This document shows positions 1 through 12,703 of a stretch of DNA of 64,000 nucleotides, one piece after another. The notes beneath the pieces are model-generated. The model saw only the letters and a program-made list of their open reading frames with translations, ran no database searches and was not told the origin of the DNA. Source of the stretch: Lama glama (lineage: Eukaryota); NCBI GenBank assembly GCA_028534125.1, contig CM052816.1:91080001-91144000 (forward strand). Direction: 5' to 3'. Position 1 is the stretch's first letter. Each line of letters starts with the position of its first letter. The position numbers and the translations under genes are program-made.

Positions 1-88
1 AAAAATATAACAAAATCCTACTGTATAGCACAGGGAACTATATTCAATATCCTGTAATGACCTATAATGGAAAAGAATCTGAAAAAGA

Positions 89-126
<38 letters not shown>

Positions 127-170
127 ATATGTATAACTGAATGACTTCGCTGTACAGCTTAAATTTTTTT
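1..170 (+). mobile_element. L1 3'UTR end (artiodactyl-type), cut by the window start; contains an (AT)n(GT)n microsatellite
   Basis: CTACTGTATAGCACAGGGAACTATATTCAATATC...AAAGAATCTGAAAAAGAATAT...GTATAACTGAAT..CTT.GCTGTACA matches the typical artiodactyl L1 3' end; similar copies at 20639 and 36025. Confidence 0.85.
89..126. repeat. Compound (AT)n(GT)n microsatellite
   Basis: Directly visible, inside the L1 3'UTR. Confidence 0.95.
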
Positions 171-699
171 AAAAATGGAAAAAAAATCTCCTTTCTCCAG
201 TAACCGTTGTTTCCGTTCCCCTCTGGTGGGTACCATTTCAAAGCTCACCTTACATACCACCTGTATGATCGGTGCTTTCTTGACCAGCCACGTGTTCTCT
301 CCTCCCTGAATTCTCGTGGCATATGTTCCCTGTAGAGTTCCAACACCACCTGCCTTGGTTCGTACTTACTGGGGTGCAGGTTCTGCCTGCCCCGCTGCTC
401 AGTGCAGCCCCAGAGGCAGGACCACGTGTCCTGTCGTGCTCCATCTCCCGTGGTTCCTATCCAAGGGTTCTGCGTATAGCAGAGTCTCAGTGGACATTTG
501 TGGACAGTTTGCCTGAATGAGTTACGGACCAGAGGTATACACTGTATGATTCGATGGTTTCTGGAGTCTAAAGATCTAAGCATGCCATTTTAAATGAACA
601 AGTTGAGAAATGCCTCAAGAGGAAGATGCCTCCATTAATGTTTCGTTTTTACTTCCCCTGCGGCAGGTGCACAGCTGTGGAGGAGCCTCAGTGAAAGGT

Positions 700-1049
700 A
701 GGGAACTTTCTTTCAGCGTTACCGCGAGCGGGGTGGGGGAGGTGACCGCGCCGCCAAGCTGCATCCCTGAAATAATATTTTAGTGAAAAGATTTACAACA
801 GTGGTTTATAAGGGTGGGAAAATAAAGGCAAATATAACCTAATTGGGACTTGCTCTGGGAAATAGTTCGTGTCTTGCTGTTACATTGGGTCCCGTGATGT
901 GTGCGAACTGAGAGGAAAGGTGGGGGTGATTTCAGGGGGGACCTCCTTCCAGACTTTATTTTGGGGCGTGAGCAACACTGCTGTAAGTCGGGGAAGAACG
1001 AGACAAGGCTGAGTCACGGAACTCTGCTGGAACGTTCCCGAAGGTGAGC
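700..1049 (+). promoter_or_regulatory. Candidate promoter/enhancer with a possible non-coding first exon ending at 1043
   Basis: CpG-containing repeat-free patch, NF-kB-like GGGAACTTTC (701-710), AP-1 TGAGTCA (1010-1016), donor-like AAG|GTGAGC (1043/1044). Confidence 0.3.
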
Positions 1050-2329
1050 CAGGCTGCCAGTTCAGAGAGCTCTGGGGTGGGGGAGGCGCAGGTAGGCTCC
1101 GGGGTGTGAGGGGGCAGCGAATGTCCGCCGGCCTCTGGGCTCCTCGCCCACCAGGAGCAAATTAGTTCCCTTCTCCTCTACCGTCCCCCATCCTGAAGTA
1201 ACACTGCTGTCCCCCCACTCCCCCAGAAGGGAACAGAGCTGGGGCGGTTGATGCGAGGACCACACTTCACATCACCAGCTGTGCACATGAGAAGTGGGAA
1301 AGTGAAGAAAACATAAGGACGACTATTCCAGTAAAGTGAATTTTCGTAGTGATTTATTTGTTTAAATTCTGCCTTAAAAATATCCTTGTCCGACTTAAAG
1401 AGGGCTGGTTGGGTGCTGGACTTACCTCCAGGTGGACAGCATGCGGTGAAGGCTCAAAAGGAGACAAAGGAGTGCCTTTAAACATCCCTGAAGAAAACTG
1501 TAACCTATTATTTTATCTAATGTACCCTTGAAACCAGCGCTTATGGAAATAGTGCTTATTTCAGGTGTAAAGGCTAAGTTTAAGACCAGTTTACCTCGGC
1601 TGGCGTGTTCCCTCATTTTGGAGCCCCGATTTTCATGGGCAGAATGTAATCTTGCTAAGAGACTCAGCAGAGGGAAGCATTGGCTGTAAGAGGGAAACCG
1701 ATCCTCCTGGCACAGACATGCCCCCGGCCTGGAGGCACAGCCGCCCTGCCCCTGCAGACACACTGGGCCTCGTTGGATAAGTGTTTTAAGCTTCTCCATT
1801 GGTCAGGTGAAGAAATTGAGCTTGCTCCCTCATCCTGGTTGGGGAAAGGTTTGACCAAATGAGCTAGTATGACTTCGCAGGAATTCTGGAAGCTCTTTGC
1901 CGCAGTATTCTTTCCAATTTACTGACACTCAATTTGCCCTTCAAGTCACTGCCCCTTCTCTCCCGGACCCCTTGCCGTCCACAGCCCTTCTGAAGTGGTG
2001 ACAAATTGCCTGGGAGAATTTCCACTGTGCACTTTCTCTTAACATAGAAACTGTTGGAATATTTGATAAAGGTTTGGAAAAAGAAAAAGTATTAGCTATG
2101 AGTGAGCATCGCAGGACCAAGGCTCTCACTTTGCCAACGTTCGGTTTGGTCAGGAAGTGAGTAGATTCTTATTATGCGGCTGTTTTTTTAGATTGATACT
2201 CTTCCACGCCTTTGGGAAGGCGTCCAGGTGTCCCCAGAGAAGCCAGGATCATGGAAATAGCCTCTTTTTAGGAAGGGCCTCCTTCACTTTTGAATCACCT
2301 GGATGGATATTCAGATGCAACTAATTTTC

Positions 2330-2460
2330 CATCCTGGTCCCAACCCTGCAACTAGTGATCGTGCCAGATTCATTCCCCCCTCGGCCTCAGTTTTCTCATG
2401 TGCAGAGTGAGGAGGGAAGAGAGAGAATCATCTCGAATATCCCTTCCAACCCTGAAAACT
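2330..2460 (+). mobile_element. MIR (MIRc/MIR3-like) fragment
   Basis: Core GGCCTCAGTTTTCTCATGTGCAGAGTGAGG and 3' ATCCCTTCCAACCCTGAAA. Confidence 0.55.
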
Positions 2461-3179
2461 GATGCGATTTGAGGGGGATTATTGTTCCTTTCGTATTTGC
2501 TACCCTTTCACCGTTCTGTTTGGCCAGTTCCTCTTCAAGGTGACTTAATCCACGCTGGAAGAGATACTTTCCCACATTTTTTCACTGCAGTTCCCATTGT
2601 GTAATTTCATCCCGGTCTCTATTCATCACATTGGAGATGTGAAATTAAAGTATGTATTTATTTATTTGATGATGATTTGGTATGTTGTTTACAGTAATTC
2701 TTGGCATCTGCTACTGGCTAGTGCTTGTGTTTTTAACATGGAAAAATTCCAAACCATTTTATTTTGAGAATAAAATACAGCGATGGATAGGAGGATCTTT
2801 GCAGGCAGAAAGAGACGCTGTTTTGTTCACGTGAGGCAGGTGGGGTTAGGGTCTCTTCACTTCCGAGGTCTAAGGCGCCGAGCTCAGAAACCTTGCTGTC
2901 ACTTGGTGGTACTTAGAAATCAACATTTCCCCTCCTCCCCTCGCCCCCCATCATGGCCCGTAGAGCTGGGAGTCACAGGTCTGTCAGCCAGGGCCACTTT
3001 TTCCTCTTCTCACCATTGCGCTAGTAGTTTGTGCTCAGCCTCAGAATGAACCAGGCCTTCTCTCCGTGGGGCTTCTTTAAGGGCCATTAAGTTCACTGTT
3101 CAAAAGGTGGATGAAATATTGGACCATTAATACCTTCATAATGTCATTGTAGAGCTTTTACATGAAAAAACAGCTCTTT

Positions 3180-3935
3180 GCGAAGGGAACCCTTGTGCAC
3201 TGTGGGTAGGAATATAAATTGGTGCAGCCGCTATGGAAAACAGTATAGAGGTTGCTCAAAAAATTAAAAATAAAATGTTCATATGGTCCAGTAATTCCAC
3301 TCCTGGATGTAGATCTGAAGGGAATGGAATTGCTGTCCTGAAGAGATGTCCGCACTCGCCACGTTCCTTGCAGCACTGCTCACAGCAGCCACCCATGGAT
3401 GACCTGGTAAAGTTGGTAACGTTGTACACACTGGAATATTATTCAGCCATTAAAAAAGAAGGAAATTCTGCTGTTTGTGACAACATGGATGAACGTGGAG
3501 GTTGTTATCCTAAGTGAAATAAGTCAGACACAGAAAGTCAAATACTGTATGATCTCATTTGTATGCGGAATCTAAAAGAGTTGCTCATAAAAAAACAGAG
3601 TAGATTGGTATTGCCAGAGACTGGGGAATGAGGGAAATGAGGAGATGCTGGTCAAAGGGCTCAAGCCTCCAGTTATAAGGGTGGTGGGTCCTGGGGATCT
3701 AATGTACAGCCTGGGGTCTGTGGCTAACAGTATTGTATTGTTTGCTTGCAAGTTGCTAAGACAGCAGACCTTAGATGTTCTCGCCACCACCACACCAAAA
3801 TGGTGATTAGGTGAAGGACCAGTTAATTACCCACTGTGATAATCATTTTGCAATATGTACGTCTATCAGATCATCCTATTGGACACCTTAAACTTACACA
3901 ATGTTATATGTCGATTATATCTCCATAAAACCAGA
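3180..3935 (+). mobile_element. Old L1 (L1MA9-like): ORF2 C-terminal remnant plus 3'UTR
   Basis: AAGGGAACCCTTGTGCACTG...AAATTGGTGCAGCCGCTATGGAAAACAGTATAGAGG (degenerate ORF2 [12 protein letters not shown]); ends AACTTACACAATGTTATATGTCGATTATATCTC. Confidence 0.9.
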
Positions 3936-4953
3936 AAAGAAGAGGAATTATTTTCCTTCCTACAGTCCTAATGCCTTATTTCATAGACTCTGGGAAAATT
4001 TACTTTTCTCAGCGAAGCTTAAAGTATTTCCTCCAAAATTCAGCATGAAGATGGTGGTGCATGTGTATGCTAAAAGGACTCGTAAATGTTTAACACACTA
4101 ACCAGCAAATGACAGTAAAGCCAGCATCGAATTTCTGCTGTCATCAGCAATAAAAATTGGATAATTTTAATCAGATGCCATTCACATGTCAATTTTTGCA
4201 CCTGGAAAGTTCATTTTGTGCAAATGTGATTCTCAGTGGGTAAGTCCTAAGAAGGGCTTGTGCTGGACCTTTTTCTTTAATAAACAGTAAGCACTGACTG
4301 CGATCTGAACAGGATTTATACAGCAGTCTGTCAGCCGAACCAAATTAACATCTTCTCTGACCCCTTCCTCAAATCGGGGTGGAACGTGATCTGTCGTATC
4401 ATCATGGCTCTGATTTCTCATGTGACTGGCAGCTGACTGAATGAAACCCTCCGTTAACACAGGAGAAATTGTGCACATTGTACTTTAAAGCCATAAAATT
4501 GGCTTCAGTTTGGCCTGTTTTTCTAAATATGTATAAATTAGAAAGAAATACTTTACTTACGTGTGTACCAGTCAAATTCCAAGTGTCTTTCCCTATTTCT
4601 TTAGTAGTTTTGTACATTGTAACCCAGATTAAGGAGCTGCTCGCATCATAAATCTTGTTTTAGTGTTCAGTGTCAATTTACAGAAAATACAGCAAAGATT
4701 TTGAGGATTAAGAGAGCTCTGGGATGTTTTAGTAGGAGTCCCGGTGCCTCGGCCAGGTGGCCTTCACAGAGGTGGGGCGTGGCTTTCCAAGAATGTGACC
4801 AGGGCATCGGATCTACTTTGCCTCACCTTGAGCTGCCTCGAGGAGCACGGCAGAGAATTAGCAGAGTCAGTCTTTCTAGAGCCGGCAGGGATTAGCAAGA
4901 GCTGCGGGCTTTTTGCCTCCAGTTTAGTAAAACCCCAGGCCTCCTACTCTGAG

Positions 4954-4960
<7 letters not shown>

Positions 4961-5002
<42 letters not shown>
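4961..5002. repeat. (TC)21 microsatellite
   Basis: Directly visible. Confidence 0.95.
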
Positions 5003-5004
<2 letters not shown>

Positions 5005-6385
5005 GTCCTCAGGAGAGGCGATTCTGTGGCCCCACTTCTTCGTGAGATGAAATGCACTTTTGTCTTATTAACTTCCAAATAACTGCCAGTCAAAGCGTTC
5101 TAGCTGGTTCCCTTTTTCTCCCCTGGAGAAAAGGAGCCAAGAATTGTTGGTTGTAAACCCAAGCCCTGAGCGTGCCCCAGCTCACAGGCCCAGAACAGAT
5201 TGGCTCATTTGTTAAGTAAGAGCTGTCTAATTAATTAAATCCTTGAGCACAACATTATGCCTCGGTTAAAAGTGAAAAGTCATCTAGCATTTGCTAAGTT
5301 GTCTCCTCTGAGGAATAGAATTTAGTGTGAAAACTGCATTTTCTTTATTTATGAATCATCATACTTATCAAAATTTTACAGACCGGATGAATTACCAAGT
5401 AAGAAGCATTAAATAGTCACCTGGTAGCTTAAGAAGTTTTCTTTCCTTCTTTGCTATTAATATTAAGCACAGCAACAATTCTGACTCATGCATTGAAACT
5501 ACTAGATTTTACAGTTTTAGTGTTTTCAAAAGTGTCTAAAAATTATCTTGTAACTTGTATTTTGTCACCTTTCTATTAAGGCAAACTATTTGGAAGCTGT
5601 ATTTTTTAGCTGAATTTGGGCCAGAATTGTAGTTGGGGTGGGGCACATTGCCATGAGTTTTAAAAGAAAGTTGTGGTATGAAGGATACAGTTGATTGGAT
5701 TCAATGAACAAATTATTCTCCTAGGGAAAAAAATATTCACTGAAATTCGGAATATGCTGGATTTTAGCTTACGTGTATCTGAGCTTGGGTGAGCCTTGGG
5801 CTGAGGATGTCCAGGCCTGCCTGGAGGCCAAGCAGCCCTGTGAAAGTCTCTATCTGCCAGCATAGAAATCCAAATAGGCCATTTATTCCTTTTTTTCAAA
5901 AATAATAACTGAGCACAGTGCTGTAGTCATATACTACACAGTGGCGAGTCAAAGCCCTTTTATTCTCTCTCTGGAAGAACAGGACCCAATTCAGCCACTG
6001 AGAGATGGTGAGCTCTTAGCCAGAGCTGCCGAGATGTGGTCCGCAAGTTTCTCAAAGTTCTTCATCCGGATTCCAGTCTGTTGTGTTCATTTCTTAAAGC
6101 CGTTCTTTGAAAATCAGACCAGTTGAAGACAAGTATGCAACAAAGGACTACAAGCTGTTTTGAAAGCTGTTTGAGGACAACGAGAGGGATAGTTCTGCTT
6201 CTTATTTCTTCCCCATCGGTGTCCCTACGGAAAAAAAATGAATTTTCAAAAATACTTCCTGCTAGGCATGTAAAGACTGTTCTCTTCTCTCAGGAATCAA
6301 GCTAAAAGCCCTCCCTGAAACTGACATGCAACTTCACAACCGCAACTGATAGATTTCTTGAAGCTTTAAAAATAAAATGAAATAG

Positions 6386-6563
6386 GAGGTATGACCTTTT
6401 ATGTATAAAATGAATAAGCTACAGGGATATACTGTGCAAGACGGAATATAGCCAATGTTTTGTAATAGCTATAAATGGAGTATAACCTTTAAAAATTGTG
6501 AATCACTATGTTATACACCTGTAACTTACATAATATTGCACAGCAGCTATACCTCAATAAAAT
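6386..6563 (+). mobile_element. Heavily 5'-truncated L1 3' end with TSD
   Basis: L1 3'UTR (GGATATACTGTGC...TGTGAATCACTATGTTATACACCTGTAACT...TATACCTCAATAAAA) flanked by AAATAAAATGAAA(T/C)AG at 6370-6385 and 6564-6579. Confidence 0.85.
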
Positions 6564-7584
6564 AAATAAAATGAAACAGAAAGTACATTTCATAGCCCAC
6601 TGGCTTCATTGACAGGGTGATAAATAAATTGTTAGTTCCTGGCTGTGTGTACCTTTCACGTGTAACATGTTCTCCTTGTATTCGAGCAGATTTGTCAAGT
6701 CAGAACGTGGCCAGAAAACCAGAGGTCAGGCTCTCCGTGAGTCTGGCAGCAGCAGCCCTTAGGTGACCCTAAATGACTTAATACTCAAGGCTCCGAAGTG
6801 CAAAGCACTCAATTTTGTATTTGTAATTTTTATTGTTGATAATTTTGGACATTCTTTTAAGTTGATGTAATTCCATAATCTGATTTAACATGAGTTCAGT
6901 CACCTTCTTCTCCCCCGTTATTTTAGAGCTGCTTCGTCGTTGCATAATTAAAAGTGTGTGTACGTTGCCCTTTCCTGTGGCAACGCCGTGGGTGCCTGCA
7001 GCCACTTACTAAGAATCGCAAATTCCACCTCTGATCGTTTTGACCCATGTTTTCAGATTCTCTCAGCCTCCTGGCTTTTTAGATTTGATGAAGCACTGGA
7101 TCTTGCATTACTAAGAATTTGAAAATCTAGTTCACTTGTAAATATATAAAATAATTAAGCTAGATTAGTTAGGTGTTACCTAATAGCATTCTTGCTTCAA
7201 TAAATTCAAATGACCAGAGAAAGAAGAATTACTAGTACTGGACCTTCCTCTTAACTTGCCCTGGCCTATGTTGTGATTGTTTGACAATAAATTAAGACTT
7301 CACAGGTAGTTGAAGATTTCTGTCTCTCTGTTTGTCTCTCTTTTTCTTTGTCTCTCTCTCTCTCTCTTTATTGCTCCCAAACATTATTTATAGTCGTATT
7401 TGCCTAGTGGCATTTGAAGCATAACTTTTTCCCCTAATTTTAAAAGTAATACATGCTCACCTAGGAAACTAATTATAGAGAAGAAAACTCAAATCTCTTG
7501 TAAACCCATCACCTAGAAATTAAACTTGCTTTCAGTTTTGTTTACCTTTTCCAGTCTTTTTGTAAAATTATATCTGTATTTGTT

Positions 7585-7965
7585 GAGTCATCCTTTCAAC
7601 AAATATTTATTGAATGCCTTTATTGCCAGTATTTCTGGGCATTTATGGAAGGAAAAAAAAAGCAACAACAGACAAGCAACTTGGTCCTCGTGGAGGTCAC
7701 ATTCTAGTGAGCGAGCCAGAAAATAAATTACTACAATACCTAATGTTAGATGGTGAGCCATGTGTAAGGGAAACTAAACAGGAGAGGGCATCAGAGGGTG
7801 TGAGGGTGGGCGGGGAGGGTCAAGTTGTAATAAAGGGCTGAGGAAAGACCCGACTGAAGAAGGGTTTTTGAGCAAAGACTTGAAGGAGGTGAGATAGTGA
7901 ATCGTGTCTGGATGCAGAGCTTCTTGGCAGAGGAAATAGCAAGTGCAAAGGCCCCGAGGCAGGAG
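7585..7965 (-). mobile_element. L2 (L2a-like) 3' portion
   Basis: TTCAACAAATATTTATTGAATGCC (reverse L2 terminus), TTGAGCAAAGACTTGAAGGAGGTGAG, GCAAGTGCAAAGGCCCCGAGGCAGG. Confidence 0.8.
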
Positions 7966-9339
7966 TTCTAGATGAGGGTGATTTTTGTTTTATACCAATA
8001 AGTTTTTTTTTTAATGCAACTGTAGTGACTGGAATAATGGACATTATGTAGCTAATTAAGACTGTGGTGTAAGAGAATGTTTAGGGGTATGAAAAATGTA
8101 TCCTTTGTTGCTAATTGTACACAAAAATTGTGGATTTAAAGTAGGTGCGGGGAGGTGTAAGGCACCGTACATCACAGTTGTATGTTGGTACATGCCTGGG
8201 AGTTCTGTGTGAGGGGAATACAGTGGCTTTTGTTTACTGGATTGCTTTAATCCTTATTGCATGTTTGTCTGTAATAAGCATGAGTGGGCTTTAACATGAA
8301 GAGAGACAAAAGATACCCAGTGAAGGGGAAAGAGTCCCACCAGGTGGGCTGAGGCCTGTGACTGTGGTGTGGGAGGTGACACACTGTGGCAGGTGTTCAG
8401 TCCACGTAAGGGCCAGGGCTCTGGCTCCTGGGGGCTGCTGGCCAGAAATGGGGCTCTGGTTACGAGGAGACCAGCCCGGCCGAGGCTTTGGAAACAGGTC
8501 AGGGCCCAAGACCAGAGAAGCAGCAGGGCTCAAAAGAGAGGCAGGAGCCTCAGGAACTGGTCAGAGACATTACAAGGGAGCCCCGACCAGCCCAAGAGTC
8601 GCTCGATACTGAGCCTTGTAAGATCGGGGTGAAGAAAAATTATTAATGTATTTTTAAGTAATCAGTTAAAATGATGCATTTCCAAGGTCAAGTGATGTTC
8701 GAGGGGTGGGATACAAGTTCTTAAATCCTTCCTTTCTGAGGCTCGGCAGCAGGTGAAGGGCCTAGGGTCCTGATGTGGGTACGCCTCAAGGAAGCTTATT
8801 TAAGTAAGCTTTAGAAACTCTTTGTATCATCCAGAGTAAGGTTTAGATCTCGATCCTTGTGCCCCAAGCTATAGTTTTTGGACAATTCAAACAAGAATGA
8901 ACCTGAGAAGACACTGTGAATACCTCACTCCTGGGTTCTGTCTGTCTGTATTGTCTGTCTGTCTTTCCAGCTATCAGCTGTCCATCTGTCCCCTGTCAAT
9001 CTAGCAACCTACCTACGCACACATATTCCTCATTTATCTTTCAGTGATCATGTCTGATATATTGAAGAATGTATGCAACATACACATAAGTTGTAGATAC
9101 TATAATAAAATAAATACACATCAACCTTTCCCGCAACCAGGACTGATGCTGTTGGATCTTCCTCATCCTCTCGCGCTGCCTCCCCAGGCCGAAAGCGAGC
9201 GTGGTCCTGATATCTGTGCTCTTCATATGTAATTGAATAAAAAATTCATATGTAACTAAATAAAAAGTTTTTGAGGTCTATAAAAATGGTGCCATGTTAA
9301 AAAAAAGAAATGGCAATAAAAATAATTACAAAAAATGGC

Positions 9340-9530
9340 ATATTTATGTAATCTTCTAGAATTTCTGTCCTAAAATACTAAATCTTTTTCGAAAGATTAA
9401 TCCATGTTGCTGTGTATAGCTGTGGTTCATTCAGGTTTTTCGGCTTCTGTGAAATATTCCATCTTGTGCATCTACCGTAATTTGTTTATAGGCTCTCTTT
9501 TCATTGGACTCTGGGGTGCTTTTTACCAAA
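9340..9530 (-). mobile_element. Very old L1 (L1ME-like) fragment
   Basis: TCCATGTTGCTGTGTATAGCTGTGGTTCATTC...AATATTCCAT pattern of an antisense L1 3' region. Confidence 0.5.
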
Positions 9531-9749
9531 CTGTCCATTGCTTCTGTGAGTTTCTGAGTTTACTGTAGGACGGTACTAAAAATCACAAGGAGAAAACGGG
9601 TAAATTCCAACACACCAAGTGAATAGTTTTCTTAGCCAGAATACTGTGTATTTGAAAACTTCTATAAAATCTGCTCCTATATTTAAGACTCTGACAGCAA
9701 TTTTAGAATGATTTCCTTGTACGTCTGATAGTGTTGTATGTAGTGCTGG

Positions 9750-9768
9750 CCGCCACTAGAGGGCGTGA
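9750..9768 (+). promoter_or_regulatory. CTCF binding motif
   Basis: CCGCCACTAGAGGGCGTG; the core CCACTAGAGGGCG fits the CTCF consensus CCASYAGRKGGCR. Confidence 0.7.
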
Positions 9769-10500
9769 GGGAGCTGGGCTGTGAACGGTTTGGAGATGCT
9801 GAAAATTACAGAATTGAAACCCAGCCTCCTGGCACTAGTGTTCTTGTACGTGCACATTTCAGCAGGGCAAAGACATCAGTATCAATCCAGTTACAATGAG
9901 AAGATCCAATTAAAGTCACATCTGTATCTGTACACAGATATGCCTGGCTACACACACATTTTAATGTAGGAGAGATGAAGAAATGAACAAGGACTAAGAT
10001 ACATCACAGGAGAATAACCCCACGGGCTGGTGGGGAGGAAGGTCACAGACAAAGGGCACAAAACAGTGACCGACACCTGTACTTCTCAGTTTAGAAACAC
10101 TGATGTTCGTGGCCTCTAAGAACTCAGTAGTGTTCTAAGTGTATCACATTTTATTGATTATTTCTATACAGTGTCTTAAGAAATCTTCTGAATGTTCTTC
10201 ATTCTGTGCTCTCTCAAGTCGTCTTCTCTCACTGGCCCCTGACTTGGGACTTTTTCCTCTCTTGAGAATGAATGGAAGCACCCGGGTTTTTCCCTCCCAC
10301 AGTGTTCTCCATAACCTTGAGTCTTGAATCCCAGAAAATCGCTTAATTTGCGATTGCGTGGAGAGAAGACTGCTTGTGAGTTGTTTGCTTCTAGATCAAC
10401 CACTGACCTGTGAAACATTGAGGACAAAGCTCCCTGCTTGTTAGAAATGTGTACAAAAGAAAGGGCGGCCAAAGCAGTCCTCGGGACCTTGGGGTGTGTG

Positions 10501-10948
10501 TGTGGTGGACCGAACAATCCCCCCACCCCCCACTTAAAGATGTCTGCCTCCTAACGCCCAGACCTGCGATTCTGATCGTAACATGGCTGAGGGGACTTTG
10601 CGGATGTGGTTAAGTTAAGCGTCTCTCAGGTGGGGAGGTGATCCTGGGTTGTCCAGGTGGGCCTGTGTGATCACAAGGGTCTTTATGGGAGGGAGGCAGG
10701 CGGTCAGAGAGGAGAGAAGGTGCCATTGACTTTGAAGATGGAGCTTGGGGGCCTCCAGTCAGGGAACTCAGGCAGCCTCTAGAAGTTGGAAGAGCCAAGG
10801 AAACAGATCCTCCTGCAAGGCCTCTGAAAAGAATGCAGCCCCGCAGACGCATTTTAGATTCTGATCACCAGAACCGTAAGACGACAAATCTGTGTGGCTT
10901 TAAGCCACTCAGCTGATAATTCGCATAGCAGCAATAGGAAATTTACGT
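10501..10948 (+). mobile_element. MaLR solo LTR (MLT1D-like)
   Basis: TGTGGTGG...AAAGATGTC...GGGACTTTGCGGATGTGGTTAAG...GCAGCCTCTAGAAGTTGGAAGAGCCAAGGAAACAGAT...TTTAAGCCACT...GCAGCAATAGGAAA. Confidence 0.85.
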
Positions 10949-11544
10949 AGTGTTCCTTCTGAGAAGGAACCAGCTTCGTCTGAAAACGTCAAGGGTGGGT
11001 TTGCCAACTCACGTCTCCATCCGCCAAGGAAATGCAGTTTGACCCACGTATGTGAGAGAACCGCGTCCTGAAACGAAGAGGTTTAGAGTGAGGCCGGGCA
11101 GGGTGGGCAAGTTGAGGAGCCCAGGGTGGCCTCGGGGGAGGCTTCACCGCAAGGGGGAATAAGAGGGCTTGAAAAGGAAACACGAGGTCAAGGTGGTCCG
11201 GCGGAGTCCTGAAGATGCTGCACTTGGAAGCCAGGGCCAGACTGTGTTTCAAGGAGGAGGCTGTAAACTGTGTTCTAAGAGCACTGGAAAGTCACTGCAT
11301 GGCATTAAAATGTTTGTAGAGACCTTTCTAAGTAGTTGTCCATGCTTTTGTTTATGTGGAGGAAGAGGAGGGCTTTTGGAGTAAAAACATCAATTCAGGT
11401 GCTTAAGGATGAGATGAAGACTGAGTAAAGGGAGGTGGGCCGTGGGAACCACATGTCAGAAAATATTGCTGCTGAATGAATGAAAAGAAATTAAACAGGA
11501 ACCAGGAAAAGCAGCAGGTTGTTTTTTTGTTCTTGTTGTTTAAA

Positions 11545-12010
11545 TTTTTTTTTATTGCAGAAAAATACACATTATTTAAACTTTACCACAAGTGACTTTC
11601 AGTACCTTCACAATGTTGTACTGCCATCGTGACTGTCTAGTTCCAGATGAGTTTCATCAGCCCAAAAAGGAAACCCCATAATTGTAATCCTGTAATCACT
11701 TCCCCTGCTCCCCTCCCCCAGCTCCTGGCAGCCACTAATCTGCTCTGTGTCTCTGTGGGCTTTCCCTGCTCTGAATATTTCATATAAGTCAAATGGAACC
11801 ATACAATATGTGGCCTTATTGTGCCTGGCTTCTTTCACTTAGTGTGATGTTTTCAAGGGGCATCTGGTTGTAGCACCTTTCAGCACTTCATTGCTTTTCA
11901 TGGCTGAATAATATTCCATTGTTTGGATATCTGACAGTTTTCCTTGTCTAGTCATCAGTTGATGGACGTTTAGATTGTTTCCACTTTTTGGCTGTTGTAA
12001 ATAGTGAGCA
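11545..12010 (-). mobile_element. Old L1 (L1MB-like) 3' end
   Basis: Poly-T, then CCCAGCTCCTGGCAGCCACTAATCTGCT...TGGCTTCTTTCACTTAG...GGCTGAATAATATTCCATTG...GTTTCCACTTTTTGGCT. Confidence 0.9.
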
Positions 12011-12049
12011 GCTCGCTTTTCTCTTGTGTGGTTTTGTTTTCAGGATAAA

Positions 12050-12703
12050 TGTTACTGAATGTAATTTTGTTTGCCTGTTGCACTGTGAGGCCAAACAAAC
12101 TGAAAATGTCGGAGATGGGAGCAGAGAAAGGTTTATTGCCGGGTTGAGCAAAGAGGATGGGGTGGTTCATGCCCAGGAAAACCCCAAACTCCCCCAAGGG
12201 CTTCAGAAAACCATATATTTAAAATTTTTATATTATTTATTTTTTGAAGGGAGGAGATAATTAGGTTTGTTTATTTATTTACTTATTTTTTTAAATGGAG
12301 GTACTGGGGATTGAACCCAGGACCTCGTGCATGCTAGACATGTACTCTACCACTGAGCTACTACGGCCCCCTCTTCCCAGAAAAGCATATTTTAAGTCCA
12401 GGTGAGGGAGAGGGGTCGCAGGTAATGTGATCAGCTCTTGTGTGCACAATTCTCTGACTGGTTGATGTGGAGGGAACAGGGCGGTCAACACTGTCAACCC
12501 CCAGGCGCCAGAAGGTCCGTTGGCCACGGGCTCTTGATCATCAAGTAGTTAATTTCTTCCCTTTGGTGGTGGTTTTTAGCATCTGAAAAACTCAGGAAAC
12601 ATACATGAGATCCTGTTATCTGAGTACTTCAGAGAGGAGCTACAGCGGAGAATGTGGGGAGGGGTCCATCCTGGGAAGGCCCTGCAGGGTCCTGCTCAGT
12701 ATG
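12050..12703 (-). mobile_element. ERV1-type solo LTR interrupted by a SINE
   Basis: TGTTACTGAA...GTGAGGCCAAACAAACTGAAA...GGAGCAGAGAAAGGTTTATTG (reverse polyA signal)...GGAAGGCCCTGCAGGGTCCTGCTCAGT resembles a cetartiodactyl LTR family. Confidence 0.7.
12223..12377 (-). mobile_element. Camelid tRNA-Ala-derived SINE (Vic-1-type)
   Basis: Reverse strand TAGCTCAGTGGTAGAGTACATGTCTAGCATGCACGAGGTCCTGGGTTCAATCCCCAGTACCTCC with A/B boxes and A-rich tail; imperfect TSD CAGAAAA(C/G)CATAT(A)TTT at 12204 and 12378. Confidence 0.9.

Noticed and set aside
9222..9320. 23-bp tandem duplication with clustered AATAAA as a polyadenylation site
   Set aside because: AT-rich sequence beside a decayed L1 remnant, with no terminal exon evidence.
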